Assembly: GCA_023664365.1 (NCBI GenBank)
Contig: JAMPFR010000011.1
Coordinates: 2,922-66,921 of the forward strand
Direction of reading: 5' to 3'
DNA length: 64,000 nucleotides
From: Acetatifactor muris
GTDB lineage: Bacteria; Bacillota; Clostridia; Lachnospirales; Lachnospiraceae
Shown: positions 18,499 through 27,524 of the stretch, in pieces
Layout of the letters: each line of letters begins with the position of its first letter
Numbering within the stretch: the stretch's first letter is position 1
The notes under the pieces: model-generated
Database searches by the model: none
The model's input: the letters and a program-made list of their open reading frames with translations, nothing else
What the model was told of the DNA's origin: nothing
Program-made: the position numbers and the translations under genes

Positions 18499-18537
18499 CC
18501 CGGCAGGACAGCCTGTCCGGAAAATACGGATTTTCGG

Positions 18538-18885
18538 TCAGAGCAGCGGCCTTGCCTGCAGAAACTTTGCATATTCCATGAGATGATTTACGGTGCCGCT
18601 GTCAAAGGTGAGCACCGTATTTATAATATCCGTCATTGTATATTCGTCGGAGAGCCGCTGATTCAGAACGCCGGGGTTGCCGCGGTAGGTGGTCCGCCCC
18701 AGCAGATAATCCGTCGTCACGCCGAAATAATCAGCCAGCCGGCGAAGCGTCGCAAGGTCGGGCGAATGAACGTTATTCTCATAGTTGGAGACGGTTCCGA
18801 CAGACACTTTCAGGCAGGCGGCAAGTTCTTTCTGGCCAATCTCTTTTTCATGCCGCAGCTGGGCGAGGATTGCTCCTGTTGTCAT
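18538..18885 (-). CDS. XRE-family helix-turn-helix transcriptional regulator
   Basis: IGQKELAACLKVSVGTVSNYENNVHSPDLATLRRLADYFGVTTDYLLG is a canonical Cro/C1 HTH. Confidence 0.88.
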   Translation of the reverse strand: MTTGAILAQLRHEKEIGQKELAACLKVSVGTVSNYENNVHSPDLATLRRLADYFGVTTDYLLGRTTYRGNPGVLNQRLSDEYTMTDIINTVLTFDSGTVNHLMEYAKFLQARPLL

Positions 18886-19085
18886 GGGGTTCCGCCTTCC
18901 TTTCTTTTGTAGTATTCCCGGGACTTTGAAATCTATTTTATATCTTTTTACATTCCGTAAAATAAGATTTCAGATACTCAATAAATTATGAGTTTATAAG
19001 AGAAATAATTTAGTTTTCTTAAAATAACATGTGTTTGCGACATTATGCGTTTTGTCTGAATTATTTGATTATTTTGAACAGAAAG

Positions 19086-19132
19086 ATACAATATATTCTG
19101 CTTTGTAAAAAATAAACCACCATATTTTGTAT
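19086..19132 (+). promoter_or_regulatory. Tandem NrdR boxes upstream of nrdD
   Basis: ATACAATATATTCTGC (19086-19101) and CCACCATATTTTGTAT (19117-19132) match the remembered consensus acaCwAtATaTwGtgt at 13/16 and 12/16. Their starts are 31 bp apart. Confidence 0.65.
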
Positions 19133-19138
19133 CTCTCA

Positions 19139-19167
19139 TTGACTTGTCATCCCAATAATGCTATAAT
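19139..19167 (+). promoter_or_regulatory. Sigma-A promoter of nrdD
   Basis: TTGACT (19139-19144), 17-nt spacer, TATAAT (19162-19167). Confidence 0.7.
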
Positions 19168-19212
19168 AGATACAGTGCCGTTTTACCGGCAAAGACAGGT
19201 GGGAGGTTAGGT

Positions 19213-21600
19213 ATGCAGGTTATCAGGAGAAACGGGGAAAGGGCTGACTTTACGCTTACAAAAATCAATGATGCCATCATGAAGGCGTTTCATGCCACGC
19301 AGATGAGCTATACAAATGACATTATTGATTTGCTTGCACTGCGGGTGACGGCTGATTTCCAGAGTAAGGTGAAGGACGACGGAGTCCATGTGGAGGATAT
19401 CCAGGACAGTGTGGAGCGGGTCCTGGGACAGGCCGGTTACGAGGAAGTGGCGAAGGCCTATATCCTGTACCGCAAGCAGCGGGAGAAAATGCGTACCATG
19501 ACTTCCACGATTCTGGACTACAAAGAGGTTGTGAACGGCTATGTAAAGGTGGAGGACTGGCGGGTAAAGGAGAACTCTACCGTCACCTATTCGGTGGGCG
19601 GGCTTATCTTAAGCAATTCCGGCGCCGTTACCGCCAATTACTGGCTGTCTGAGATTTATGACGAAGAGATTGCCGAGGCGCACCGGAATGCGGACATCCA
19701 CATTCATGACCTCTCCATGCTCACCGGCTACTGTGCGGGCTGGTCCCTGAAGCAGCTGATTCAGGAAGGGCTGGGCGGAATCACAGGCAAGATTACCTCT
19801 GCACCGGCAAGACATCTTTCCGTGCTTTGCAATCAGATGGTGAACTTCCTGGGAATCATGCAGAACGAGTGGGCAGGCGCCCAGGCATTCTCCTCTTTTG
19901 ACACCTATCTTGCGCCTTTTGTCAAGGTGGACGGCTTGGGCTATGACGAGGTAAAAAAGTGTATTGAGGCTTTTGTCTACGGCGTGAATACACCCAGCCG
20001 CTGGGGTACCCAGGCGCCTTTTTCCAATATTACCCTGGACTGGACGGTGCCGGATGATCTGGCGGAGCTGCCGGCCATCGTGGGCGGTAAGGAGATGGAT
20101 TTTAAATATAAGGACTGCAAGCCGGAGATGGATATGGTCAACAGGGCGTTTATCGAGACCATGATTGAAGGCGACGCCAACGGCAGAGGGTTCCAGTATC
20201 CTATTCCCACCTACTCCATTACAAAGGATTTTGACTGGTCTGACACGGAAAACAACCGGCTTTTGTTTGAGATGACGGCAAAGTACGGAACGCCGTATTT
20301 TTCCAATTATATTAATTCCGACATGCAGCCCGGCGACGTGCGGAGCATGTGCTGCCGCCTTCGTCTTGACCTGAGGGAGCTTCGCAAAAAGACGGGCGGA
20401 TTCTTCGGTTCCGGCGAGAGCACGGGCAGCGTGGGCGTTGTCACCATCAATCTGCCCAGGATCGCTTATCTGGCCTCTGACGAGGATGACTTTTTTGCCC
20501 GGCTCAACCATATGATGGATGTGGCGGCCCGTTCCCTGAAAATTAAAAGGGGCGTCATTTCCAAACTGCTGGAAGAGGGCCTGTATCCTTATACTAAGCG
20601 TTATCTGGGATCCTTTGACAATCATTTTTCCACCATCGGGCTTATCGGTATGAACGAGGCAGGACTGAACGCCAATTGGCTCAGGGAGGATATGACCGGC
20701 GTTAAGACCCGGGAGTTTGCCAAAAAGGTTCTGAACCATATGCGCAGCCGACTTTCCGATTATCAGGAGCAGTACGGTGATTTATACAATCTGGAGGCCA
20801 CTCCCGCAGAAAGCACCACCTATCGGCTGGCAAAGCATGACAGGAAGCGCTGGCCTGCAATCAAGACGGCGGGGAAGCAGGGGGATACTCCTTATTATAC
20901 GAATTCCTCCCATTTGCCTGTGGACTATACCACCGACATTTTTGACGCGCTGGATATTCAGGACGAGCTGCAGACCCTGTATACCTCCGGAACGGTGTTC
21001 CATGCCTTTCTGGGAGAGAAGCTGCCTGACTGGAAGGCGGCGGCGGCTCTGGTGCGTAAGATTGCGGAGAATTACAGGCTGCCTTATTATACGTTGTCGC
21101 CCACTTATTCTATCTGTAAGACCCACGGCTATCTGGCGGGAGAGGTGAAGGTCTGTCCTCACTGCGGAGAAAAGACGGAGGTTTACAGCCGTATCACAGG
21201 CTATTATCGTCCCGTGCAGAACTGGAACGACGGCAAGCTGCAGGAGTTTGCAAACCGTAAGGAATATGATATTGAGCATTCGGTGCTGAAGCGCCCTACC
21301 AGAAGCGTTGTCACTTTGTCCAATTTCGCGGAGGACCCGAAAGTGGAGGTGGAACAGCCCAGAGACGTCCGGTACCTGTTTACCACGAAGACCTGTCCTA
21401 ACTGTAAGCTGGCGAAGGAATATCTGAAGGGTGTGCATTATGTGGCCGTTGACGCAGAGGAAAATATGGAGCTGGCAGGCCGTTACGGCGTGATGCAGGC
21501 GCCTACCCTGGTGGTGGTGAACGGCGACAGCCAGAAAAAGTATGTCAATGCCTCCAACATTAAAAAATACGCAGAGCAGTTGAACGGGGTTTTGGTATGA
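19213..21600 (+). CDS. nrdD: Anaerobic ribonucleoside-triphosphate reductase (class III, NrdD) with an N-terminal ATP-cone and a C-terminal thioredoxin-like CxxC domain
   Basis: ATP-cone MQVIRRNGERADF. Zn-ribbon CPHCGEK. Glycyl-radical motif RITGYYRP (Gly663, codon 21199-21201). Extra C-terminal FTTKTCPNCKLAKEYL...APTLVV thioredoxin-fold signature. Confidence 0.93.
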   Translation: MQVIRRNGERADFTLTKINDAIMKAFHATQMSYTNDIIDLLALRVTADFQSKVKDDGVHVEDIQDSVERVLGQAGYEEVAKAYILYRKQREKMRTMTSTILDYKEVVNGYVKVEDWRVKENSTVTYSVGGLILSNSGAVTANYWLSEIYDEEIAEAHRNADIHIHDLSMLTGYCAGWSLKQLIQEGLGGITGKITSAPARHLSVLCNQMVNFLGIMQNEWAGAQAFSSFDTYLAPFVKVDGLGYDEVKKCIEAFVYGVNTPSRWGTQAPFSNITLDWTVPDDLAELPAIVGGKEMDFKYKDCKPEMDMVNRAFIETMIEGDANGRGFQYPIPTYSITKDFDWSDTENNRLLFEMTAKYGTPYFSNYINSDMQPGDVRSMCCRLRLDLRELRKKTGGFFGSGESTGSVGVVTINLPRIAYLASDEDDFFARLNHMMDVAARSLKIKRGVISKLLEEGLYPYTKRYLGSFDNHFSTIGLIGMNEAGLNANWLREDMTGVKTREFAKKVLNHMRSRLSDYQEQYGDLYNLEATPAESTTYRLAKHDRKRWPAIKTAGKQGDTPYYTNSSHLPVDYTTDIFDALDIQDELQTLYTSGTVFHAFLGEKLPDWKAAAALVRKIAENYRLPYYTLSPTYSICKTHGYLAGEVKVCPHCGEKTEVYSRITGYYRPVQNWNDGKLQEFANRKEYDIEHSVLKRPTRSVVTLSNFAEDPKVEVEQPRDVRYLFTTKTCPNCKLAKEYLKGVHYVAVDAEENMELAGRYGVMQAPTLVVVNGDSQKKYVNASNIKKYAEQLNGVLV

Positions 21601-22538
21601 TAAATAAGCTGATTGCAAAGATTCGGAAGACAGACGCTCCCATTGTGGTGGGACTGGATCCCATGCTGAAGTATGTGCCGGAGCATATAAAGCAGAAAGC
21701 CTTTCGGGAGTACGGCGAGACTCCGGAGGGCGCCGGTGAGGCAATCTGGCAGTATAATAAGGGGATAGTGGACGCGGTTTATGACCTGATTCCTGCGGTG
21801 AAGCCCCAGGTTGCCATGTATGAGCAGTTCGGCATTCCGGGCATGATTGCCTTTCAGAAGACGGTGGATTACTGTCGGGAAAAGGATCTGACGGTCATAG
21901 GGGATGTTAAGCGCGGCGACATCGGCTCTACCTCGGAGGCGTATGCAGTGGGCCATCTGGGAAGAGTTCAGGTGGGCAGTAAGGTATGTACAGGCTTTAA
22001 CGAGGACTTTGTGACCGTGAATCCCTATCTGGGTTCTGACGGAGTGAAGCCCTTTACCAAAATATGTGCGCAGGAGAAAAAGGGCATTTTCGTACTGGTG
22101 AAGACGTCCAACCCCAGCAGCGGGGAGTTTCAGGACAGGCTCATTGACGGCAGACCCCTGTATGAGTATGTGGGGGAGCAGGTAGCCGCCTGGGGGGCCG
22201 AATGTATGCCGGAGAGCGGAGAATACAGCTATGTGGGGGCAGTGGTGGGAGCCACTTACCCTGAGCAGGGAAAGATATTGAGAAAGCTGATGCCCAAAAC
22301 CTTTATACTGGTGCCGGGGTACGGCGCCCAGGGCGGAAAAGGCGCGGATTTGGTACACTTTTTTAATCAGGACGGTCTGGGAGCCATTATTAATTCTTCA
22401 AGAGGAATCATAGCGGCATACCAGCAGGAAAAGTACGCAGGGTACGGGCCGGAGGCTTACGCCGACGCCTCCAGGGCGGCGGTGCTGGATATGAAGGCAG
22501 ATATTTTGGAAGCGCTGGAAGCGAAGAACGCCGGGTGA
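21597..22538 (+). CDS. pyrF: Orotidine-5'-phosphate decarboxylase (type 2)
   Basis: VGLDP...GDVKRGDIGST...LVKTSNPSS blocks. The start overlaps the nrdD stop as ATGA (21597-21600). Confidence 0.9.
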   Translation: MINKLIAKIRKTDAPIVVGLDPMLKYVPEHIKQKAFREYGETPEGAGEAIWQYNKGIVDAVYDLIPAVKPQVAMYEQFGIPGMIAFQKTVDYCREKDLTVIGDVKRGDIGSTSEAYAVGHLGRVQVGSKVCTGFNEDFVTVNPYLGSDGVKPFTKICAQEKKGIFVLVKTSNPSSGEFQDRLIDGRPLYEYVGEQVAAWGAECMPESGEYSYVGAVVGATYPEQGKILRKLMPKTFILVPGYGAQGGKGADLVHFFNQDGLGAIINSSRGIIAAYQQEKYAGYGPEAYADASRAAVLDMKADILEALEAKNAG

Positions 22539-22607
22539 GCAGCTTTGCCCGGACGATTGTTGATGCCGAAGAATTGTTGACTGGTATGCGTAAGAGGGGG
22601 TATGAGA

Positions 22608-23213
22608 ATGAATATAGTCTGTCTGGATTTGGAGGGAGTGCTGGTGCCGGAAATCTGGATTGCCTTTGCGGAGGCAAGCGGCATCCCTGAGCTGCGGAGG
22701 ACGACCCGGGACGAGCCGGATTACGACAAGCTGATGCGCTGGCGTATCGGTATTCTGAAGGAACACGGCCTGGGGCTGAAGGAGATTCAGGACACCATTG
22801 CCTCCATTCAGCCGCTGCCGGGGGCAAAGGAATTTCTGGATGAGCTGAGGAGGATTTCCCAGGTTATCATTATCAGCGATACCTTTACACAGTTTGCTTC
22901 CCCGCTCATGGAGAAGCTGGGCTGGCCTACTATTTTCTGCAACTCTCTGGAGGTGGCGGAGAACGGTGAAATTACGGGCTTTAAGATGCGGATTGAAAAT
23001 TCCAAGCTTACCACAGTGCGGGCGCTGCAGTCCATTGGCTACGATACCATTGCCGGTGGAGACAGCTATAACGACCTGGCTATGATTCAGGCAAGCAAGG
23101 CAGGATTCCTGTTCAGAAGCACGGATAAAATCAAAGCGGAGCATCCGGAGCTGCCTGCCTTTGATGATTACGGAGAACTGCTGGCGGCTGTCAAGGCGGC
23201 GCTGCAATCATAA
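22608..23213 (+). CDS. thrH: HAD-family phosphoserine phosphatase / homoserine phosphotransferase (ThrH-like)
   Basis: MNIVCLDLEGVLVPEIWIAFAE...TRDEPDYDKLM...GDSYND closely parallels the Pseudomonas ThrH sequence as I remember it. Confidence 0.8.
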   Translation: MNIVCLDLEGVLVPEIWIAFAEASGIPELRRTTRDEPDYDKLMRWRIGILKEHGLGLKEIQDTIASIQPLPGAKEFLDELRRISQVIIISDTFTQFASPLMEKLGWPTIFCNSLEVAENGEITGFKMRIENSKLTTVRALQSIGYDTIAGGDSYNDLAMIQASKAGFLFRSTDKIKAEHPELPAFDDYGELLAAVKAALQS

Positions 23214-23312
23214 ATTTACTAAACATTACCGGGACTGTGAAGGTGCAGCCCCGGTATTATTATGGACTGACAGGGGCTTGACGGATCCCCGCTGCGAAAA
23301 CCCCTTTGCTGT

Positions 23313-23324
23313 AGTTTCGAAACT
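23313..23324. promoter_or_regulatory. 12-bp perfect palindrome AGTTTCGAAACT upstream of the pullulanase gene
   Basis: Lies 13 bp upstream of a candidate -35 (TTGACG, 23337-23342). The same core recurs upstream of the amylase gene. Confidence 0.4.
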
Positions 23325-23408
23325 GAAAATACCGCATTGACGTTTCCGAAAACCCGTGGTAGGATTCATAAAAACGAGATACGAAACTTAACGAAAGTTG
23401 AGGATGCC

Positions 23409-25493
23409 ATGTTCATTTATACCAGAGAATTCGATGAGCAGTATGAGTATAAAGGAAAGGATTTGGGGGCTGTCTGCGGGGAGAGCGGCACGGTGTTCAA
23501 GCTTTGGGCGCCCTTGGCGGAGCAGGTGGCGCTGTGTCTCTATGGGGACGGGGCCGCCCCGGAAAAGGTCCTTCCCATGGAAAAGGAGGAGCGGGGCGTC
23601 TGGCAGCTGGAATTTTCTGAGAATATGCACGGAGTTTACTATGATTACCTGGTTACCGTGGAAGGGAAAACCCGGCAGACCGCCGACCCGTATGCGAGAG
23701 CCTGCGGCTGCAACGGCAGGCGCAGCATGGCGGTGGATCTGGAACGGACAAATCCGGAGGGCTTCCGGCAGGAGAAGCCGCCGGAGATAAAGCCGGAGAC
23801 GATTATCTATGAGCTGCATGTAAAGGATTTTTCCCATGATCCCGAAAGCGGAATCCCCCGGCAGTTTCGGGGCAGATATAAGGCATTTACGTTTCCAGGC
23901 AAAGAAGGCGGGCCGGGGCAGATGGCTACAGGCGTGGCGTATTTGCGGCAGCTTGGCATAACGCATGTGCATCTGCTCCCTGTTTTTGATTTCGGCTGGC
24001 TGGACGAGTCGGGAGACCACAGGCAGTTTAACTGGGGGTATGACCCGGTGAATTTCAATGTGCCGGAGGGGTCTTTTGCCACGGATGCCGCAGACGGCGC
24101 CGTGCGGATCCGGGAGTGCAAGGAAATGATTCAGGCGCTGCACCGGGCGGGAATCAGAGTGGTGATGGATGTGGTTTACAATCATATGTATGACAGGGAT
24201 TCCTGGTTTGAACGGGTGGCTCCGGGATATTACTGCAGAAGGTGGGAGGACGGAGAACTGTCCGACGGTTCCGCCTGCGGAAATGATATGGCGGCGGGGC
24301 GCGCCATGGTGGATAATTATATTGCGGACTCCGTGCGGTACTGGGCGGGAGAATATCATGTAGACGGGTTCCGGTTTGATTTGATGGGGCTGCTTACCAC
24401 GGATCTGATGAACCGCATCCGCAGGGAACTGGACGCTGTGTTCGGCCCGGGAGAGAAGCTGCTGTACGGGGAGCCCTGGCGGGCGGCGGAGTCGCCTATG
24501 GAAAAGGGCACCCGGGCGGCGCTGAAGGAAAATATAGGTATGCTGCAGGATTCCATTGCGGTATTTTCCGACGACACCAGAGATGTTATAAAGGGAGATG
24601 TGTTTGTGGCGGAGAAGCCCGGCTTTGTCAACGGAGGCAGGGGGCTGGAGGAAAGGATCCTGCACGCCGTCACGGGCTGGCGGGATAATACGGAAGGATT
24701 TCGTCCCAACAGCTGCAGCCAGATTATCAACTATGTCTCCGCCCATGACAATTTTACGCTGTGGGACAAGCTTCTGGTGACTATGGAAGGAAATACCGTC
24801 AGACAGGCGGCGGATTATCTGGAACCAAGACCGGCAATCCTGGCGGCCAACAAGCTTGCCGCCTTTATCTGCTTTACCTGTCAGGGGCGTCTGTTCCTGC
24901 AGGCAGGGGAAGAGTTCGGACGGACGAAATTCGGGGACGACAACAGTTACCGTTCGGCGCCGGAGATTAATATGCTTCGGTGGGGACAGACGGAGCGTTT
25001 CCGGGAGCTGGTGGAGTATTATCGGGGGCTGATTTCCCTGCGCCTGCGGCTGCCGGGGCTGTATGACAAGTCCCGGGACGCCTGGAGGCGGATACAGGCT
25101 CAGACCGTGCACGGCGCGGGCCTGGTATCCTTCCGGGTGGACAACCGCCTGGGGACGGAGGATGGGGAAACGGAATGGGAAGAACTGCTCATATATTACA
25201 ATGCCTCAGACAAAAGCTTCCCGGTAGAGCTGCCCGGGGCATCGAACCTGGGGACGGAACGGCAGGAGACAGGCGGGCGGAAGACGGGCAGCCAGGAAGC
25301 AGGCGATCCGGAGACAGGCGTGCAGAAGATAAGCGGCCGGGAGACAGGCGACGGGGAAAGGCCGTGGGCGGAATGGGAAATCCTGGCGGACGACGCCTGC
25401 GCAGACTGTCGTAAGCCGGCGTCGGGCAGGCCGGAGGTGAAGGCCTGCAGTGGAATACTGCTGGGGAAAAGGGCAAAAATTCATCATTTTTAA
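23409..25493 (+). CDS. pulA: Type I pullulanase (GH13 with an N-terminal CBM48-like domain)
   Basis: Type I signature FNWGYDPVNF. GH13 regions VVMDVVYNHM, GFRFDLMG, YGEPW and YVSAHDN. A low-complexity insert (TGGRKTGSQEAGDPETG...) sits near the C-terminus. Confidence 0.9.
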   Translation: MFIYTREFDEQYEYKGKDLGAVCGESGTVFKLWAPLAEQVALCLYGDGAAPEKVLPMEKEERGVWQLEFSENMHGVYYDYLVTVEGKTRQTADPYARACGCNGRRSMAVDLERTNPEGFRQEKPPEIKPETIIYELHVKDFSHDPESGIPRQFRGRYKAFTFPGKEGGPGQMATGVAYLRQLGITHVHLLPVFDFGWLDESGDHRQFNWGYDPVNFNVPEGSFATDAADGAVRIRECKEMIQALHRAGIRVVMDVVYNHMYDRDSWFERVAPGYYCRRWEDGELSDGSACGNDMAAGRAMVDNYIADSVRYWAGEYHVDGFRFDLMGLLTTDLMNRIRRELDAVFGPGEKLLYGEPWRAAESPMEKGTRAALKENIGMLQDSIAVFSDDTRDVIKGDVFVAEKPGFVNGGRGLEERILHAVTGWRDNTEGFRPNSCSQIINYVSAHDNFTLWDKLLVTMEGNTVRQAADYLEPRPAILAANKLAAFICFTCQGRLFLQAGEEFGRTKFGDDNSYRSAPEINMLRWGQTERFRELVEYYRGLISLRLRLPGLYDKSRDAWRRIQAQTVHGAGLVSFRVDNRLGTEDGETEWEELLIYYNASDKSFPVELPGASNLGTERQETGGRKTGSQEAGDPETGVQKISGRETGDGERPWAEWEILADDACADCRKPASGRPEVKACSGILLGKRAKIHHF

Positions 25494-25651
25494 CAAATAA
25501 AAAACGTTTTCCGAGAGAAAAATGAGCGTCCGGGACGGAGAAAAAGGAATTGTCCACTAAACTTTTCCGGTAATTATCCCGGAAAAAGCCCCAAACAGCG
25601 CGGATTTACAGGGTTGGGGACGGTGAAAAAACGAAAACAGTAAAAGAATTT

Positions 25652-25661
25652 GTTTCGAAAC
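25652..25661. promoter_or_regulatory. Palindrome GTTTCGAAAC upstream of the amylase/ABC genes
   Basis: Same 10-bp core as 23314-23323, inside a 340-bp AT-rich leader that also has TGCACAAAAA twice. Confidence 0.35.
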
Positions 25662-25834
25662 TTTCTTGAAAAAAGGTTCGACAAAGGAAGAAATTTGCAC
25701 AAAAAGTATCAAGATTTTTTGATTTTTTGTAGGAACTGCACAAAAACAGGGTTGACGATAAAGAAAACCTATGCTAACATAAAATCAAGATACAATGAAT
25801 GAAAAGCGATGCGGGTAAGAGAGCAGAGAACAGT

Positions 25835-27451
25835 ATGAAAAGAACAGTTCATTTAAGCAATTTAGGCAGACGGATAGCATGCGGGCTGCTTGCGGCGGGA
25901 ATGATGACAGGACTGGCCGGCTGCGGAGAGAAGCCTGCGGAGGTGGATGGTATTGATGATAATTACCGTGTGTTTTATGAAATATTTACCGGTTCCTTCT
26001 CTGATTCCGACGGTGACGGTATCGGGGATTTAAGGGGCATCATTAACCGAATGGATTACCTGAATGATGGAAATATTAATTCGGGAGAGAGCCTTGGCAT
26101 TCAGGGAATCTGGCTGACGCCGATTTTTTCCTCTCCCTCCTATCATAAATATGATGTGGCCGATTACTATAAGATTGACAGTGACTTCGGCACCCAGGAG
26201 GATTTGACGGAGCTTTTTACCGTATGTCATGAGCGGAATGTGAAGGTGATTCTGGATTTGGTGCTGAATCATACATCCTCCTCAAATCCCTGGTTCATGA
26301 GCTTTACGGACGCCCATAAGAACGGGGATACCTCAAGTCCCTATTATGACTACTATACATGGGTGACGAAGGATACCCAGGTCAGCGGAAGAACCTACCG
26401 TCAGATCCCGGGCTGTGCGGACGAATATTATGAGTGCAACTTCAGCGGGGATATGCCTGAGTTAAATTACGATAACGAGACGGTCAGACAGGAAGCTCTT
26501 AAGATTGCAAAATATTATATTGATTTGGGCGCGGACGGGTTCCGGTTTGATGCAATCAAATATATTTATTACAATGATACAGACAGGTCTTCCGAGTTCT
26601 GGCGCTGGTACATGAACGAACTCCGGGCCTATAAAGAGGACATTTACTGTGTGGGAGAGTGCTGGTCCTCCGATCAGGAAACATTGGAATATGTAGACAG
26701 CCTGAACTGTTTTAACTTCCAGGTGGGCCAAGGAGAAGGCGTGTTGACCAAGGCAGTCAGGAACGGCCAGATCAATGCCTATACCGGCTATATAGAGAGC
26801 TATCAGGATAAGGTTCTCGCCGAGAACAGCGAAGGCGGTATGATTTGTAATTTCCTGGCAAACCATGATACGGACAGGGCCGCAGGCTTTTTGAACGTAA
26901 GCACCGGCAACGCCCACATGGCCGCCAATCTGTTGATTCTGTGCAGCGGTTCGCCCTTTATCTATTACGGCGAAGAGATTGGAATGAAGGGAACCAGAGG
27001 GGCTGCAAATACGGACGCCAACAGACGTCTTGCCATGCTTTGGGGAGACGGCGATACCGTGAAGGATCCGGTGGGAAGCGATTTCCCGTCAGACAAACAG
27101 CAGAACGGAACCGTGGCGGATCAGCTCAGTGACGAGAACAGCCTGTATCATTATTACGCAGAGGTGATTGCAGTCCGCAACCGGCATCCGGAAATCGCCA
27201 GGGGAGATTACGCGGCAGTCAGTTCCAGATACAGCGAGCTGGGCGGATTTGAAATAACCTGCGGGGATTCCGTCATACTGCTTCTGCATAACACATCAGC
27301 GGAAGAAATTGAAATCGATCTTTCTTCCATGACGGGAGTGACCGGAGAATATAAGAGGGTTACGGACTCCGTGGGACTGGGCGGCGGAGTAAGCCTGAAG
27401 GGATCCACATTAAAGATTGGCGCGAGAACCAGCGCCATACTTGAAAAGTAA
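25835..27451 (+). CDS. GH13 alpha-amylase-family lipoprotein
   Basis: Lipobox LAGCGE. GH13 regions DGIGDLRGI, VILDLVLNHTS, GFRFDAIKY, GECW and FLANHD. An alternative start at 25799 is possible. Confidence 0.88.
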   Translation: MKRTVHLSNLGRRIACGLLAAGMMTGLAGCGEKPAEVDGIDDNYRVFYEIFTGSFSDSDGDGIGDLRGIINRMDYLNDGNINSGESLGIQGIWLTPIFSSPSYHKYDVADYYKIDSDFGTQEDLTELFTVCHERNVKVILDLVLNHTSSSNPWFMSFTDAHKNGDTSSPYYDYYTWVTKDTQVSGRTYRQIPGCADEYYECNFSGDMPELNYDNETVRQEALKIAKYYIDLGADGFRFDAIKYIYYNDTDRSSEFWRWYMNELRAYKEDIYCVGECWSSDQETLEYVDSLNCFNFQVGQGEGVLTKAVRNGQINAYTGYIESYQDKVLAENSEGGMICNFLANHDTDRAAGFLNVSTGNAHMAANLLILCSGSPFIYYGEEIGMKGTRGAANTDANRRLAMLWGDGDTVKDPVGSDFPSDKQQNGTVADQLSDENSLYHYYAEVIAVRNRHPEIARGDYAAVSSRYSELGGFEITCGDSVILLLHNTSAEEIEIDLSSMTGVTGEYKRVTDSVGLGGGVSLKGSTLKIGARTSAILEK

Positions 27452-27524
27452 TTTTATTAATATCGGTATTAAGGGATTCGTAAGAATTCCTTTAATATAA
27501 AAATATAAGGAAGAGGAGAGAAAA

